From the NCBI GenBank assembly GCA_004022145.1, contig RCNU01000001.1: 64,000 nt of DNA. One strand, given 5' to 3'. A program made the position numbers and the translations under genes. This DNA comes from Paecilomyces variotii. Taxonomy: Eukaryota. Positions 12,804 through 24,840 of this stretch are shown here, piece by piece; the first letter of the stretch is position 1; every line of letters starts with the position of its first letter. A model generated the notes under the pieces. The model had not been told where the DNA came from. It saw only the letters and a program-made list of their open reading frames with translations, and searched no databases.

Positions 12804-13214
12804 GACCCGGAAACAGACAGATTATCTATCATTTGGAAAGGAAGGGAAGATATGTTAGGAAATGGTAGCCTGGTTGCCTACTAGTAGTCTAGGATCTGTT
12901 GCCTAACTTCTTGCCTAATATCAGACACTCTCCCTTTCCTTTTACAGTTTGAACCTCATCTTTCTTCATTTCATCTCTCAACCTCGACATGTGTCATATC
13001 GGAAGTCGACTAGACGACTCGACCAAAAAGGAGAACTCCTTAGAGGTCTGGTCCTAGCTGGATCTAACATCAGGTTATCTCTTTTTGTGTCCACGCTTTT
13101 CTGCTGTTAACAACCTTACATTCCATCTCTTCTGACGAGCCTCTCGACCTTTGATAACCTTATTTTCCCCTCTATTCTGTCCTTACATCTCTCACCTTCA
13201 CGACTTTCCATAAA

Positions 13215-14341
13215 ATGCCTCGAATTATGCGTCAAGGACTCGACAAAGTCAAAGAACTGCTTCGCTCAGTAAAGGGCATACTCAAGGAGGAGCCGGATAC
13301 AGGCCAGAAACTGGATGAGGCACGTCGGAAACTGGATAAGGCCTTGGAAGTAATGGACAGACTGCCAACTTTGGCAGCCAGCAGCTTAAGGGAACCAGAT
13401 GTCACGGATATATTCGGTCTATCATATGATAAAAGATCACCTGAAATATGGAAGATCGACGAACGTGATCTTATTCCAGTACCAGAAGCTCTCTGTAAGT
13501 CTTTATCCTAAATGCCATTCATTTCTTTAGGAAAATTCCCAAAATTCTAACCTTCCTAGTGTCCCGTATTGAAGAGATGGAAAAGGTCCGAGGAATACAT
13601 CCTATAAACGAGGCGACGGTTCGATGGCGATTAGATATCATTCTCCAGTATTGTGTTAGGCTCGAGCAGCAACGTGTCGCTGATATAGATCCGACCACAT
13701 CAGAGAGGCCTATTACTCTCACCGCCGAAACGCAACTGGAATGCAGGATAATGTATAAGAAGCAACCTGTCCTCCTGTCTGGAAAGGCAGACTATAGTAT
13801 CTGGTATGAAGACCACGGAATGTCAACAAATTTAGTGATATGTGAAGCTAAAGACCTTGGGCATGCATCCATTGGTATCCCTCAATGCCTAGCGTATATG
13901 GGTACGTTGACCAACATTATTGTATCTTTGAATAACAATAAACTAATTAGATTATATAGGTATGGTAAATGACATTCGTCGACGGGAAGACAGAATAAAC
14001 TCTATGGTCTATGGATGTGTTACGGATGGACAAGGGTTTACCTTTCTACGCATCGACAATGACCATAAGGTAAACTTTCCTCGTTTTGACCTATTATATG
14101 GTGCTAATACTTTCATTTATAGTACTCTGTATGGAACAGCCAACGGTGGGATAACGGCTTTCCAGAGAGAGACAAAATATGGACTCACTTGGTCCGTATG
14201 ACGAGATGTGCTAGTGCGTTATCGCCAAGGACGTCGGTGAAGAAAGTACATCGAGCAGTGGATGATACGACAAGGGGGCAGAAGCACTGGAGGCTCCATT
14301 TCGGTAGCAGTGAGCGGTCAGATGAAATGATGAGTATGTAG
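13215..14341 (+). CDS. PD-(D/E)XK nuclease-fold protein, Crinkler/REase-like (gene C), 4 exons, apparently intact
   Basis: Introns 13495-13559, 13902-13959 and 14070-14122 restore one frame. Motifs NEATVRWRLDIIL, LSGKADYSIW, LVICEAK, GIPQCLAYM, VYGCVTDGQGFTFLRIDN; coiled-coil-like N-terminus. Confidence 0.78.
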
Positions 14342-14391
14342 TACACTTTGGTAGGTTGCAGGATTAGAATGATATCGTCGATACCAGTGGC

Positions 14392-14583
14392 AACATATTG
14401 GCCATGATGGAAAGTATGGCCTAGACGAATCGGATGAAAACCACCAATGTCGTAATAGTCCGGCTCTTCTGCGACTGGGTAAGAATTGACGCGCTCTAGC
14501 GATGTCAGTTGAGAGGGTGTCCCAAAGAACTTTAACATTCGCGATCGTATTTGGGCTAAAGACGCTTTTAATAAACTCATCAT
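14392..14583 (-). pseudogene. Truncated SRPK/Sky1-like protein kinase N-terminus
   Basis: EEPDYYDIGGFHPIRLGHTFHHGQYV matches the SRPK-family pre-kinase motif. Similarity stops before the expected KLGxG Gly-rich loop. Confidence 0.7.
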
Positions 14584-14604
14584 CTTAGCAGAAGCTGCTC
14601 AGTG

Positions 14605-14890
14605 TTACTAGTAGCACAATGTTCGGGGGTCACGCAGAGGGAGCAGCCCGGGCGACAGATGTTGGTTATGTACTGTACCTAATGTTTTTCTTACCAGATA
14701 TTAATATAATTAAATAGTTTGTAGCGTTAAGCAGAATTCTTAAACCCATGAGCGTTCTCGTTCGAAGAAATGATGCCCATTCCTTAGTTGTTTACTGGTT
14801 GCACGCGACATGTTTTGTGAGTAAGTATTTAGGTTGGTCTTCAGTAAGATCGCGCCGCAATTCTATGTGACTAGGAGATTGTGAAGGAAG
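14605..14890 (+). repeat. Degenerate direct repeat R1, right copy
   Basis: Aligns by eye to 10219-10441. Contains an extra block (14830-14857) also present at 12089-12120. Confidence 0.85.
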
Positions 14891-17800
14891 CGGTGAGAAA
14901 CGTCCTAATTCATCGCCTCGCTAGCGCTCAGCAATCAATTCTTATCCTCCATATTTCTCCTCATCTTTAGGATAGTTATACATACTTCTTTGTCACAAAA
15001 TCACTGCTTTCCTTAATCATTTCCGACGTCCAACGGCCACCAATAGGATTAGGATTCCGGGGATCATTAGGCCTTAAGAGAATTCTGAAAGGAATCCTTG
15101 TTTATTTATATCCTCTTAGTGTAATGCAGCTTGCGTGCTTGATCTGGAGATAGCTCTAATCGGTTATTTTGGCTATATATTGGTCGCGTAAATATTAGAT
15201 TTTAAATCAGCGTATTATTTATAGGGATTGTCGTAAGTGTAAGAAGAAAGCGGACTTCTTATCACAATAGGTCCTATATAAAGGCATTCTAGATGAACTG
15301 GTAGTTGCTCTTGTTATAGAATATAGCCATATCATGATCTGCTAGCAAATTTATAAGGGACTATTTGGATTCGACAGAAAGACAAAGACATTATGAATAT
15401 CTAGATGACACTGAAAGTATTCAATTCGAGGCATGAATGTGATAAGTGTTGATGGGAAGTCTTACGTGATATGCGGGGAACATAGTTAAGTCACAAATTG
15501 ATATCATACTGCAGCCATTGGATAAGTCTACTGTCCGGATATAACGGAAAATCAGTGATATTGATCTGGTACCTATTAAAATTGCGGATGTTGACCGCTG
15601 AACATAAAGGTGGTAATTTGATGCAAGAGGGATCGCAGTTTTGCTACAGTCTTTGATTTTGGCTGGTCACTGAAGACAATAAGTTTTTTAAAATATTGTC
15701 GACCGCAACCTTTTCGTATAGGCGGACTCGAGGGATTCTAACCACGGTGTTTCGACCTGTTATTGCACTGCACCTGGTAGTCTCAGACTTTGAAGGTAGG
15801 CACGTCGTTATGCGTTATACGTCATGGCGGAAAGATCAGATATGAGCATCCGTTGCGGCAGGCATACGGCTCAAAATTAAAACAACATAATAATCAAATC
15901 AGACAGGAGGCAAGCTGCTGTTATGTGATGAGGTGATCTTTGACTTCATTCGGCTCCACTATCACGTATAATTTTAGGAGTCTGTAAGTCTGTAGCAGTA
16001 ACGAAGAACACGGTTGAGATCCGGTCAAACCCCGCAGCCGTTGGTAGCGGACCCCCACGAACAATGACAGGCAGGACGGTGAACACAGACGAACTCCTAG
16101 AAGGGATGCCAGAATCGCCTGGCAGGTGTTCTGTGGCACAGTCACTGGCGGGATCTGTTTGTATGCAGCACAGCTGGGATCATTACAGGCGGAATGGATC
16201 GCTCCGTGGGAGGACGGTGCAATCAGGACGCAGTGGCAGGTTTCTGTAGCCTCAAAGCTGGCCCGTGTAACGATCATGCAAGCGCTGGCGGGGACGTTGA
16301 TGGTTATTTTAGTAGGCGTTGAAAGTCAATTGACACCGTGGGTCGACGATGCAATCGGTTACTTTACGTCAATTGCCTGTTTCGAGTCAGTGGGACAAGA
16401 GAGAGGAGTCGCGGAGGAGAGACATTTCATTCGCAAGGATTGATCATACTCGCCTACAGTAACTGGAACTTATGATTATTGCTATCACTAGGGTGCAGCA
16501 ATCAAAACAAGGCGGATGCGATGCTGCACAGCGGTGTCTGCAAGAAAGCATCGACCCGTTATGTTGTATCACTTTCCAGTTTCCAGGGTCCAGCCCATGG
16601 CCCAAAAGACGGCCGCGATCTGCATTGCCATGCAATCAATGCCGCTGAATCGACTAACCAGGAGCTGGAGAAGGCATCAGTGGTGATCCAGCGAATACGA
16701 GGAGTCGAGGACCATATGGGATGTACCCACAGCATCTAAACCTCCGAGCACTCGACAGACGAACTACATACATACAATTACATCCATTCATTTCTCACGA
16801 CGGGACACACTTGACTTGCATCCGGCCAATGCAGGCGCACAGACAACCAGCTGTCCAGAACGCGCAAGTGGCAGCTCCATCGGATGGTCCAGATCGACCG
16901 GGACGACGTCGCTACATTTCCGCGACGGTCTAGAGTGCAGTAAAAAAAAAAAGAGAAGAATAGGCTTGGCTAGATGGATGATGTTGGACTCACCACCAGG
17001 GTCAGAGACGAGACAAGGTTCCAGTGACGGACTGCGTCGAGCATGCTGGATGAAGGAGCGTATTCTCGAAAGCAGGAACATTGTTATTATTCAATAATGG
17101 GTATCTAGTCTACACTATGTCGCACGGAAGCTCATGTTCTGGAACCCCGCAAGAGATGGATGATCCCGGCCAGTAGCAAGGGCGCCACTAATCTTCTCCG
17201 CACATTCCAAGTCGATCGAGTCCAGGCGTGCAGTGATGCGCTCGTCTCCGAGGCAGACGAAAAGGAGTTGTGATGCTGGTTCCCGCGGTGTTTGATTATT
17301 ATGCTATTGTGCTCACTGACTTCATCAGCAATTGATTCGCTAATCGCTGAGCGTCAGTTGCACAGGAGGTGTGCAAGCTCCCGAACATCTTGCGTTCACC
17401 ACCGTCCTGGACTGGTGGCGGCGATGTCGGCTTTGTCGGCTTGGGTGGCTTTGTTCATGCCTTTGATCATTACTATGTTGGGAGCCCCAGTGTGGTTGGT
17501 ATCCAAAAAGTGGCCGGTTCTTCGCTGATAAGCCCACAGTGGCTTCCCCGAATTATCTCCTGACATCTTCGATCTCTTTGGTCCTGGACTGATAACCCGG
17601 AATCGATGTTCTCAGAAGCATCTCGAAATGGAAGACAGACGGACCTAGGCCGGGGTAGACGTGCTACTCTATTGCCACTGTTTCGGTATCGTACCACATG
17701 CCAGTCTCACAACACTGGCCTTGACAGGCGAAAGGGAACCCCTGTTCCGCATCCACGATGCTCAAGAGAATGTGGAGGATTCCGGGGAAATGACAGATTG

Positions 17801-19494
17801 CACAATGCTCACAATCGATTGAATCCGGGGTATAGCCATCTTCCCCAGGGGGTTCCCCATCCACTGCAAACGGGGATTCCAGACAATTGCTACTTGGAGC
17901 ATACGGTAGTACCTGATAGCATCGAAGATCCTCGTGTTTCATCACATCGAGTCGAGATCTATTCGGTTCACGCTTCGTCAATGTTCAAATTGCGGGGGCA
18001 TCATCTGTTTATGAGAATCTCGATGGCTGATGCGGAGGACATCTTGGACGGGAAGTTCTACTTACGTATTGAAACATGAACCCAGGCAGGTTATCCATGA
18101 CAGCTGGAGCGATCGTGAAGGTAGATGAGGTGCTGGGTAGTAGTAGTTGTGCTCTCTACCTAATCTATCTCGTAAAATACCATCGATCAATCCATTATTG
18201 TCGAGCGGTGGCACAACAGGAAAGAGAACAGAACAGGAAGGAATATCCTATCTACGAGAGACAGGCCAGCTATCTCTGACCTCTCTGGATGCAGGACAAC
18301 GCATCCGAGATCCATGGATACAGGAGCCGGAAACATCAGGATCCCACGCACGAGGCACGGATCTCCTGCCAGTCGCTCGGATGCACAATTCTACGGTTCT
18401 GGCCCGGGCAAAACCCCCATCCTCTCGTACTGCCGCATCGGGGAGGGGGAAAAGATGCTGATGGCGCTCGTAAAAGGCTGGAGAATCATTCCTGCTTGCT
18501 CCGGACAAAGTTAGGAAGTTGTTCTGTCGGCACTGCTGCAGTATGTATCACCTTCCAATTAACTATTATTATTGTTTTAATAATAATGCCCCTCCGCCCT
18601 CCGTGCACTCTCTCCTCCTCTCTCCACTCCCCACAGAAAACGAGGATCGTCGGGTTTTTATCAGCCAACGACTATCTGGGGAACGGACGACGTGCTCTTC
18701 CATATTTTATTTCTCAAGTTCTGATACTACTAGTACTACTAGCGCTAGTTTTCACTACTCCCACGCCGCGAGTCTATCTCGGGTCCTGAGCGACAGACCG
18801 GACATCGGGATCGCAATATTCTCGGCCTTGCTGGTCTACAGAGGAGATTGTTGTTTGCCCCTCGCTGGCCGTGCGCCGGAACGATGGATGCCAGTTCCTT
18901 GCTGAGCCGGTGATTGATCGCACCAGGAATCGACAGTCTAGGTTACTCGTCCACATCCCGACTCGGATCAGCGTGCGATGACATCCTAACCCGATCCCTT
19001 CTAGCATCATCGTCCTCGAGAAGAAGTACTCTTAAGGGGCACAGCCGATTTTTCGTCTATTTTTGCCTCCTCCCCCGAACTCTTTGCTACCATATACCAT
19101 ACACATACTGCCGTTGTTCCCCGTCACATCCGGTTTCCAGGAAACAGGCCAGAACCCTTAGCGCCCTGTGGCTTTTTTTTGCGCTTTGGCTGCCCGGCTT
19201 ATCGCGCTGCTATCGCCACCATCCCGGCCCTCCGCGACTCCGCGCCGCCTCCCTTCGGTTTTGGACGGGCTCGAGCCTTTTACATCGAACAGTTACACCA
19301 CTGTCCTGTTGGCTCTTCTGTCTCTCTGACCGACTTGCTGAGGCTGTTTCGTCTACGTCTTCCATCCACCTAAACTACTACTACTACTATTACAGTCTCG
19401 ACCGCGGGCAGAAGGAAAACCTGAATATCAACCGCCTCATGCCAAACTATATCACCTTTTTGATCTGGTAGTCGTCTCCGATGCTGCTGCTAAG

Positions 19495-21187
19495 ATGACT
19501 GCTGTGCTTCTGGCTCCTGGCCGGTCGCCGGGGGACGTTCGATATTGTCACACGGATCTACGCCATGCCAGTGCGGAGGACCTGCTAGATGTCCAGGATG
19601 CCTTTCTTTCTTCGTCTCCTCGCGACTACACTGGCTATCCTGAGATATCGCGGTCGCCATCCGTCTCATCCTATGCTCACTCTGCGTCTACCTCTTCGAC
19701 CTTTGCCACATGCTCTCCTTCAGTGACACCAAACTCGTCCCTCAGCCCCAACGACAACAGTGTCGATGATGACATTGCGTTTCCGTCCTACGATGAAGAC
19801 TGTTCATTCGAAACCACCGTTCGGACCAACCAACAAACAGGTGTAGAGTCAGCGAATCCCTCTCTGGAGGCTCATTGCGGGACCTCCACCCCAGACTCTC
19901 TACTGCCAACCGGCAAGGCCGCCAATGACGATATAGCGATAGAAGATGAACCCTCGAGGCATGTGGATTATCTCTCGCATGATTGGCGTGAGGAGGATAT
20001 CTGGTCATCCTGGCGCTACGTTATCTCTCGAAGAAATATGTATGCAAATGCGGTGCGGTTAGAGAATGCCTCGTGGAGGACGTGGGCCAAAGCGAAATAC
20101 AAGTTGCGGACAGTGTCGCCGGAGACATTGAACTGGTGAGTCTTTATAATGTTATTCTTGCGCGGATACACTGTGTCTGTTTCTAACACTGAACAGGCTG
20201 AAGGACTGCGATGTAACCTGGCTATATGGGCCTCTCCAAACCGAGAATAAGCAACCAACAGTATCTAGTACAGGCAGCCGGGTTGGGACCCCTGCTTCGT
20301 TCAAGTCCATCTTGAAGAAGAAGACTGCTTCGGAGAATATTTTACAGCGCTCTCTCTCGCAGCATGTACTCCTCAAGCATGCCGGTGCAATTCTAAGGGC
20401 ACGAGAGGAGGAGACCAATCGTGGAAGATCCCCCTTTGAGAGGAGTATCTCTGACATGGGTGTGACGCGGACACCCGCGGTTGACTCGGCTTTCAGCTCA
20501 ATGGATACTACCCCGACGAACGCAACTTCGTCAGGTCTTACTTCCCCAGGAGAAAGACGCCACATTCACTTCAATAACGAAGTCGTCCAGTGCATCGCTG
20601 TCGAAGCGAAAGGCGCAGATGACGACTACAACTGTTGGTCTCATCCGTATGATCAGGACGATGAGTCGGATGATGATGGGCTGGTCATAATGAAGCGATT
20701 CTCTTCGAGGCCCCCAATTGCGAGGAAAAGAGCCCCTACCAGGAGTTCTAGCAGCGAAAGCAAGACGATAGCCCCATTGCCTCCGACCACGCTCAAGTAC
20801 CGCGGCGATACACCAGAGCTTCCATCATCGGAAGGTCCTGCTGGGATGACTGAGTCTCCGAACCTGACACACACACCATCAATGGAGACCCTACGGCCGT
20901 CCAAGTCCCAGACCAATTTCCTTCTTGATGACGAGGACGATCTGGATATGCATTGGCAGCCAAGGCAGCCAATCTATGCGCCTGGACCGGACCGACCATG
21001 GTTCGTCAACCCGGAAGACGAAGAATCTGAAAACGGGTGCGAACTCCACTTGACGCCGTCCGGCATGTTCATGCCTTACGAGGAAACAGAGGGCTCTTCG
21101 TCTGGTCTCTTCGGACGGGTCATTAACACCGTCAACACTGCGAGAGATATCGCTCACGTTATCTGGAACGTAGGATGGAGACGATGA
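19495..21187 (+). CDS. Reg1/Hex2-like PP1 regulatory subunit (DUF1752 family)
   Basis: HVDYLSHDWREEDIWSSW, RLENASWRTW, LNWLKDCDVTWLYGPL (across intron ~20136-20196), KSILKK, and RHIHF PP1-docking motif. Confidence 0.85.
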
Positions 21188-21987
21188 GCTGATCTCCCGC
21201 TAACGGTCCAAGGTCTTTGAAAGGCCGTTAAGTGGCCTGAGCACGAAGTATGGTCACGCCCGTTTTGAGTTTACCGTTCAGTCTTCGGACAGCATATCAA
21301 GGCGTTGTTTCGCAACTATTTTTTTTATTCTGGGAGGAAAGGATGGGATCATGGAAATGGGTTGTTTTCTAGCGCTTCTTCGATCATCAGCTGCGGAGTT
21401 GGGGCATATAGTATTGTCTGTTTTGCAGTGCCGCTTTGTTTGTTGCAGAAGATCCCTTATAGACGAGCTGCAGGCCTCTCCAAAGAGACACGATGAGGTT
21501 TTCTGGAGCAGGAGGAGGCATTCTTGACGATGGCTCTTTCATTTCAGACACGGCTATTACTGAACCACCGCTTGGCGCTAAGTATGCCTGTCGATCTTGT
21601 AAAGATAACGAATTCCTTTTTATAAAAAAAAAAAATACAATTACGATAGTTAGAAATAATACAGTGTCTACCATTGTCCCTGATATTGTGTTAAAAGTTG
21701 ATGCCAACCATGAAGGGTCCAGGGTCAAGGGCTGTGGACCCGCGGGACCGCAGACTACGGGGAAATCCCCATCGTCGTCCCTCTTGTCTCTGCCCCTGTT
21801 CCTGGTCGCAGTTCGCGGCTTGATCGCTGCACACCCGCTGTGGAAATATCACACCGATGAATTGTGGCTATCTTTTCTCAGATAGTCACTACCATACCGT
21901 CCTTGCGGTTTCTCCAGCGCCAAACGGCATTCTCGACCTGATCGGACGATCCTGACCATCATCCAGTCCGGTACTACGCTTCCCGCC

Positions 21988-24238
21988 ATGGAGGGCGTCA
22001 ACGTCGCCGAACTGGTCGAAAGACTAGGGAGCGACGAAGATGCGGTGCGAAAAATGGCCGTGTTCAAACTGCAGGGCAGCATTGGCGATCCCTCTTTCGC
22101 AGACATCTTCATCGCGGAGGGCGGACTGGTGAGATTACGCTTCCTGACTCTGCATTCGACGGGAAATACACTTGCGTACAGCTTGACGAGCTTTGCGAGG
22201 CTGCTGGAGGTGGATAAGGGATGGGAATTTGTCGATCAGGAATTGGTCGATAGGGTAAGTCGTGAATCACGAGCGTGATGGTTTTGCGCTGGCATCATAT
22301 CATGTCTGGTGATCGAATTGATACTGATGTGCTATGTGCTAGATCGTCGAGCTCATCGTCACTCATCCTCTCGTCAATATCCTGCGTGGCGCCATGGCGA
22401 TCCTTGTCTCCATCGTCTCTCGCCCTCACACTGCTAGCGGCTCATCCGAGCCTGATCTGTTCGGTTACCAGGCGCTGAAACCCTCGATTGCTCTCTATCC
22501 GCAGTTCCTCGAGATGCTCGTCAGCCGGCTCTCTTCGGCGGATCATGCCCTCTGTGCCAATGCTCTACAATTGATCAATTCCTTGATGCGGGATTCGATC
22601 ACGAACGATACCGAGACCGAGTGGCCCAAGTTTATCAAGCGACTACAGGATCTGGGTGTGATCAAGGCGGTCTATATCCTCATGCAGGGAACGGCATTGC
22701 AGGATCACGCACATCCTCTGATCGAGTTCCAGTCGCTCACCAAGGTGCTGTTGAGGAAGTGGAGAGATGTGTCTGTGGACTTGGAAAAGCCGGATCATAG
22801 GAGAGCGCTCAAGGGGATCCATCTGGCCAGCAATCCTCCCGAGAAACCGGAGGAGAGGTTCCTAGAGCTCAGTGAAGATGGTCGCAAGAAGAAGCACAAC
22901 CCGGAGAAATGGCGGCGCCTTGGCTTCACCTCGGAAAATCCCGTTAGTGATTTCGAGGAGATGGGATTCCTCGGAATGATGGACCTGACGGACTACGTGA
23001 GGAAGTACCAAGAAGAATTCCAGAGGATGCTGCTGGAGCTGTCGGCCAAACCGGCCGCACAGCGGTGCCCGATTGCGCGAGCCTCGTTGGCTGTGACTTC
23101 TGTGCTCTACGAACATTTTGAGGTTGACAAGTCCGCTATGGAGGATGCCAAGACCTACCTTGTTCTCGAATCCCGTTCTAATGTGGACAAGCTCTTCAGG
23201 CCTCTGCTGCTGCACTGGTCGCGACTGCATGTGGCGGGACTACATGCGTTCTTCCGTCTGTGGAAAGCCACTGGAGCAGAGGTGGATGATTTCGACAAAG
23301 TGGTCGAGCTCGTGCGGATCCTCATCGAATCTGTCGTCGGCGGTGCATCGCGCACCAAAGATGTGCAGGATGTCGAAGAAGAGCTAGCGGCTTTCGAGTA
23401 CCAACGACTGCGTGAGCTGCAGATGGAACTTCTCGAGCTGACGTACGAAGATGCATGGGGACAGCATCTGCGACTGGTCCGTGAGGAACTGCAGCATGAG
23501 GCCTTGCAGTTCGTCAAGGAGCAGCGAATCAGATGTTTATTGCAAGGTGCCTGGTTCCCTAATGAGCCCAAGCCTGAAAATGCCCCGGTAGGCAAACAGG
23601 AGACCAAGCGGGCGACCCCCTCGTCCTACAAGTATGCGCAGCTTTCTCACAACCGAAGATATCTCCATTTCGGTGATTTCGAATCGATGGACGATGAGAA
23701 GGCCCCCGAGCTGGACAGTTTGCCTGAGAGGAGTGAGTTTTCATCCATGTTTACTAACAGAAGAACCGTGCTAATCATGTATCCAGTTGATTTGTCCACT
23801 GTGTCGTCCGTTGTCTCCAATGTGTCCGCTTCGGCTGATGACTCGTCCGGTGCGACGATCAAGACGCTACCTCAGCAGTCTTCTACCAAGATAACGATCC
23901 ATGGCTATGCGCAGACCAACTCATCGGCCGTAAGTTCGAAAGGCCACGCCCGCTCGAACAGCAAAACGACCGGGAAGGAAGTCGTTCTTCTCACTCTGCG
24001 GCCGCAGACTCACAGTGTGGCGTCGGAATGGCTTGACGGGCTGCTTATGCTGCTCAACCAGCAACCGATCACGGCCGAGACCAACAAGCTGATCAACCTG
24101 GTGAGCAACTACGGGCTGAAGATCCGACTGCTGAACGTGCGATTCGACGACGCTGCTTTTGCCGGAGAGCCGCCGGAGGTTCCAAGCCGTGAAGGTCTCG
24201 ACGATGATTACTATTATGATGTTTTTGGCGGGGCGTAG
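21988..24238 (+). CDS. ELMO/CED-12 family protein with C-terminal PH domain
   Basis: WRRLGF...SDF...GFLGMMDL ELMO core, FVKEQRIRCLLQGAWF, LSHNRRYLHF, WLDGLLMLL. Introns ~22255-22342 and 23733-23786. Confidence 0.9.
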
Positions 24239-24603
24239 CCTTGCTTTATCTTTTTATTTCCCCTTTCTTAAACCACACTTTCGGATCTATACTTTACTTC
24301 TACCCCAGGCTGCAGTCGAGGGCGACAGCGCCGCATTCTTCTTCGGCACATGACAAATTTCTTCTTTTCGATTGGAACTGGTACGGTGCTCACTGACCTG
24401 ATGTGTTCAAGCACTTGTGTATTATTTTATTCTCTTGGAACTTTTGCAAAATACCCCTGAAGATTCAGATCTGTATATATTTTTCACTATTTACCTTCAA
24501 CATTGCTATGACTTGTTGCATATATAACCATCAAAAGATAGACAATCCAGGTGTCCCCAAGCACGCTCTATAATTATCTTCCAGTCTAATAATTAATACT
24601 GAC

Positions 24604-24630
24604 ACGCGTAATAAAGTTACGCGCCTCGCG
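24604..24630. promoter_or_regulatory. MCB-like (ACGCGT, CGCG) cluster upstream of RAD17
   Basis: ACGCGT at 24604-24609 plus two nearby CGCG cores about 230 bp upstream of the ATG. Confidence 0.5.
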
Positions 24631-24840
24631 CCAGGGCAGATCACATGACTCCATTCGAACCACCTTCGGACCCGAGACAGCAACTCCGCAATAAAGAATC
24701 AATGGAATTCAACTGTAATCCCCCCAGATCAAACGCATGTCAAAGTGCTGTTGCAGGTCATGAGAATGATCGCGAGATGAACTGAGATACAATGATACCG
24801 GCCGGGAATATATCGCAACGGAACAGGAACAGTTCGCGCC

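Noticed and set aside
10219..14890. LTR retrotransposon interpretation of the direct repeats R1 and R2
   Set aside because: No gag/RT/integrase, no clear TG...CA ends or primer-binding site, and the internal genes retain introns.
15921..18905. Many short overlapping ORFs
   Set aside because: No recognisable motifs or coherent exon chains; consistent with chance ORFs.
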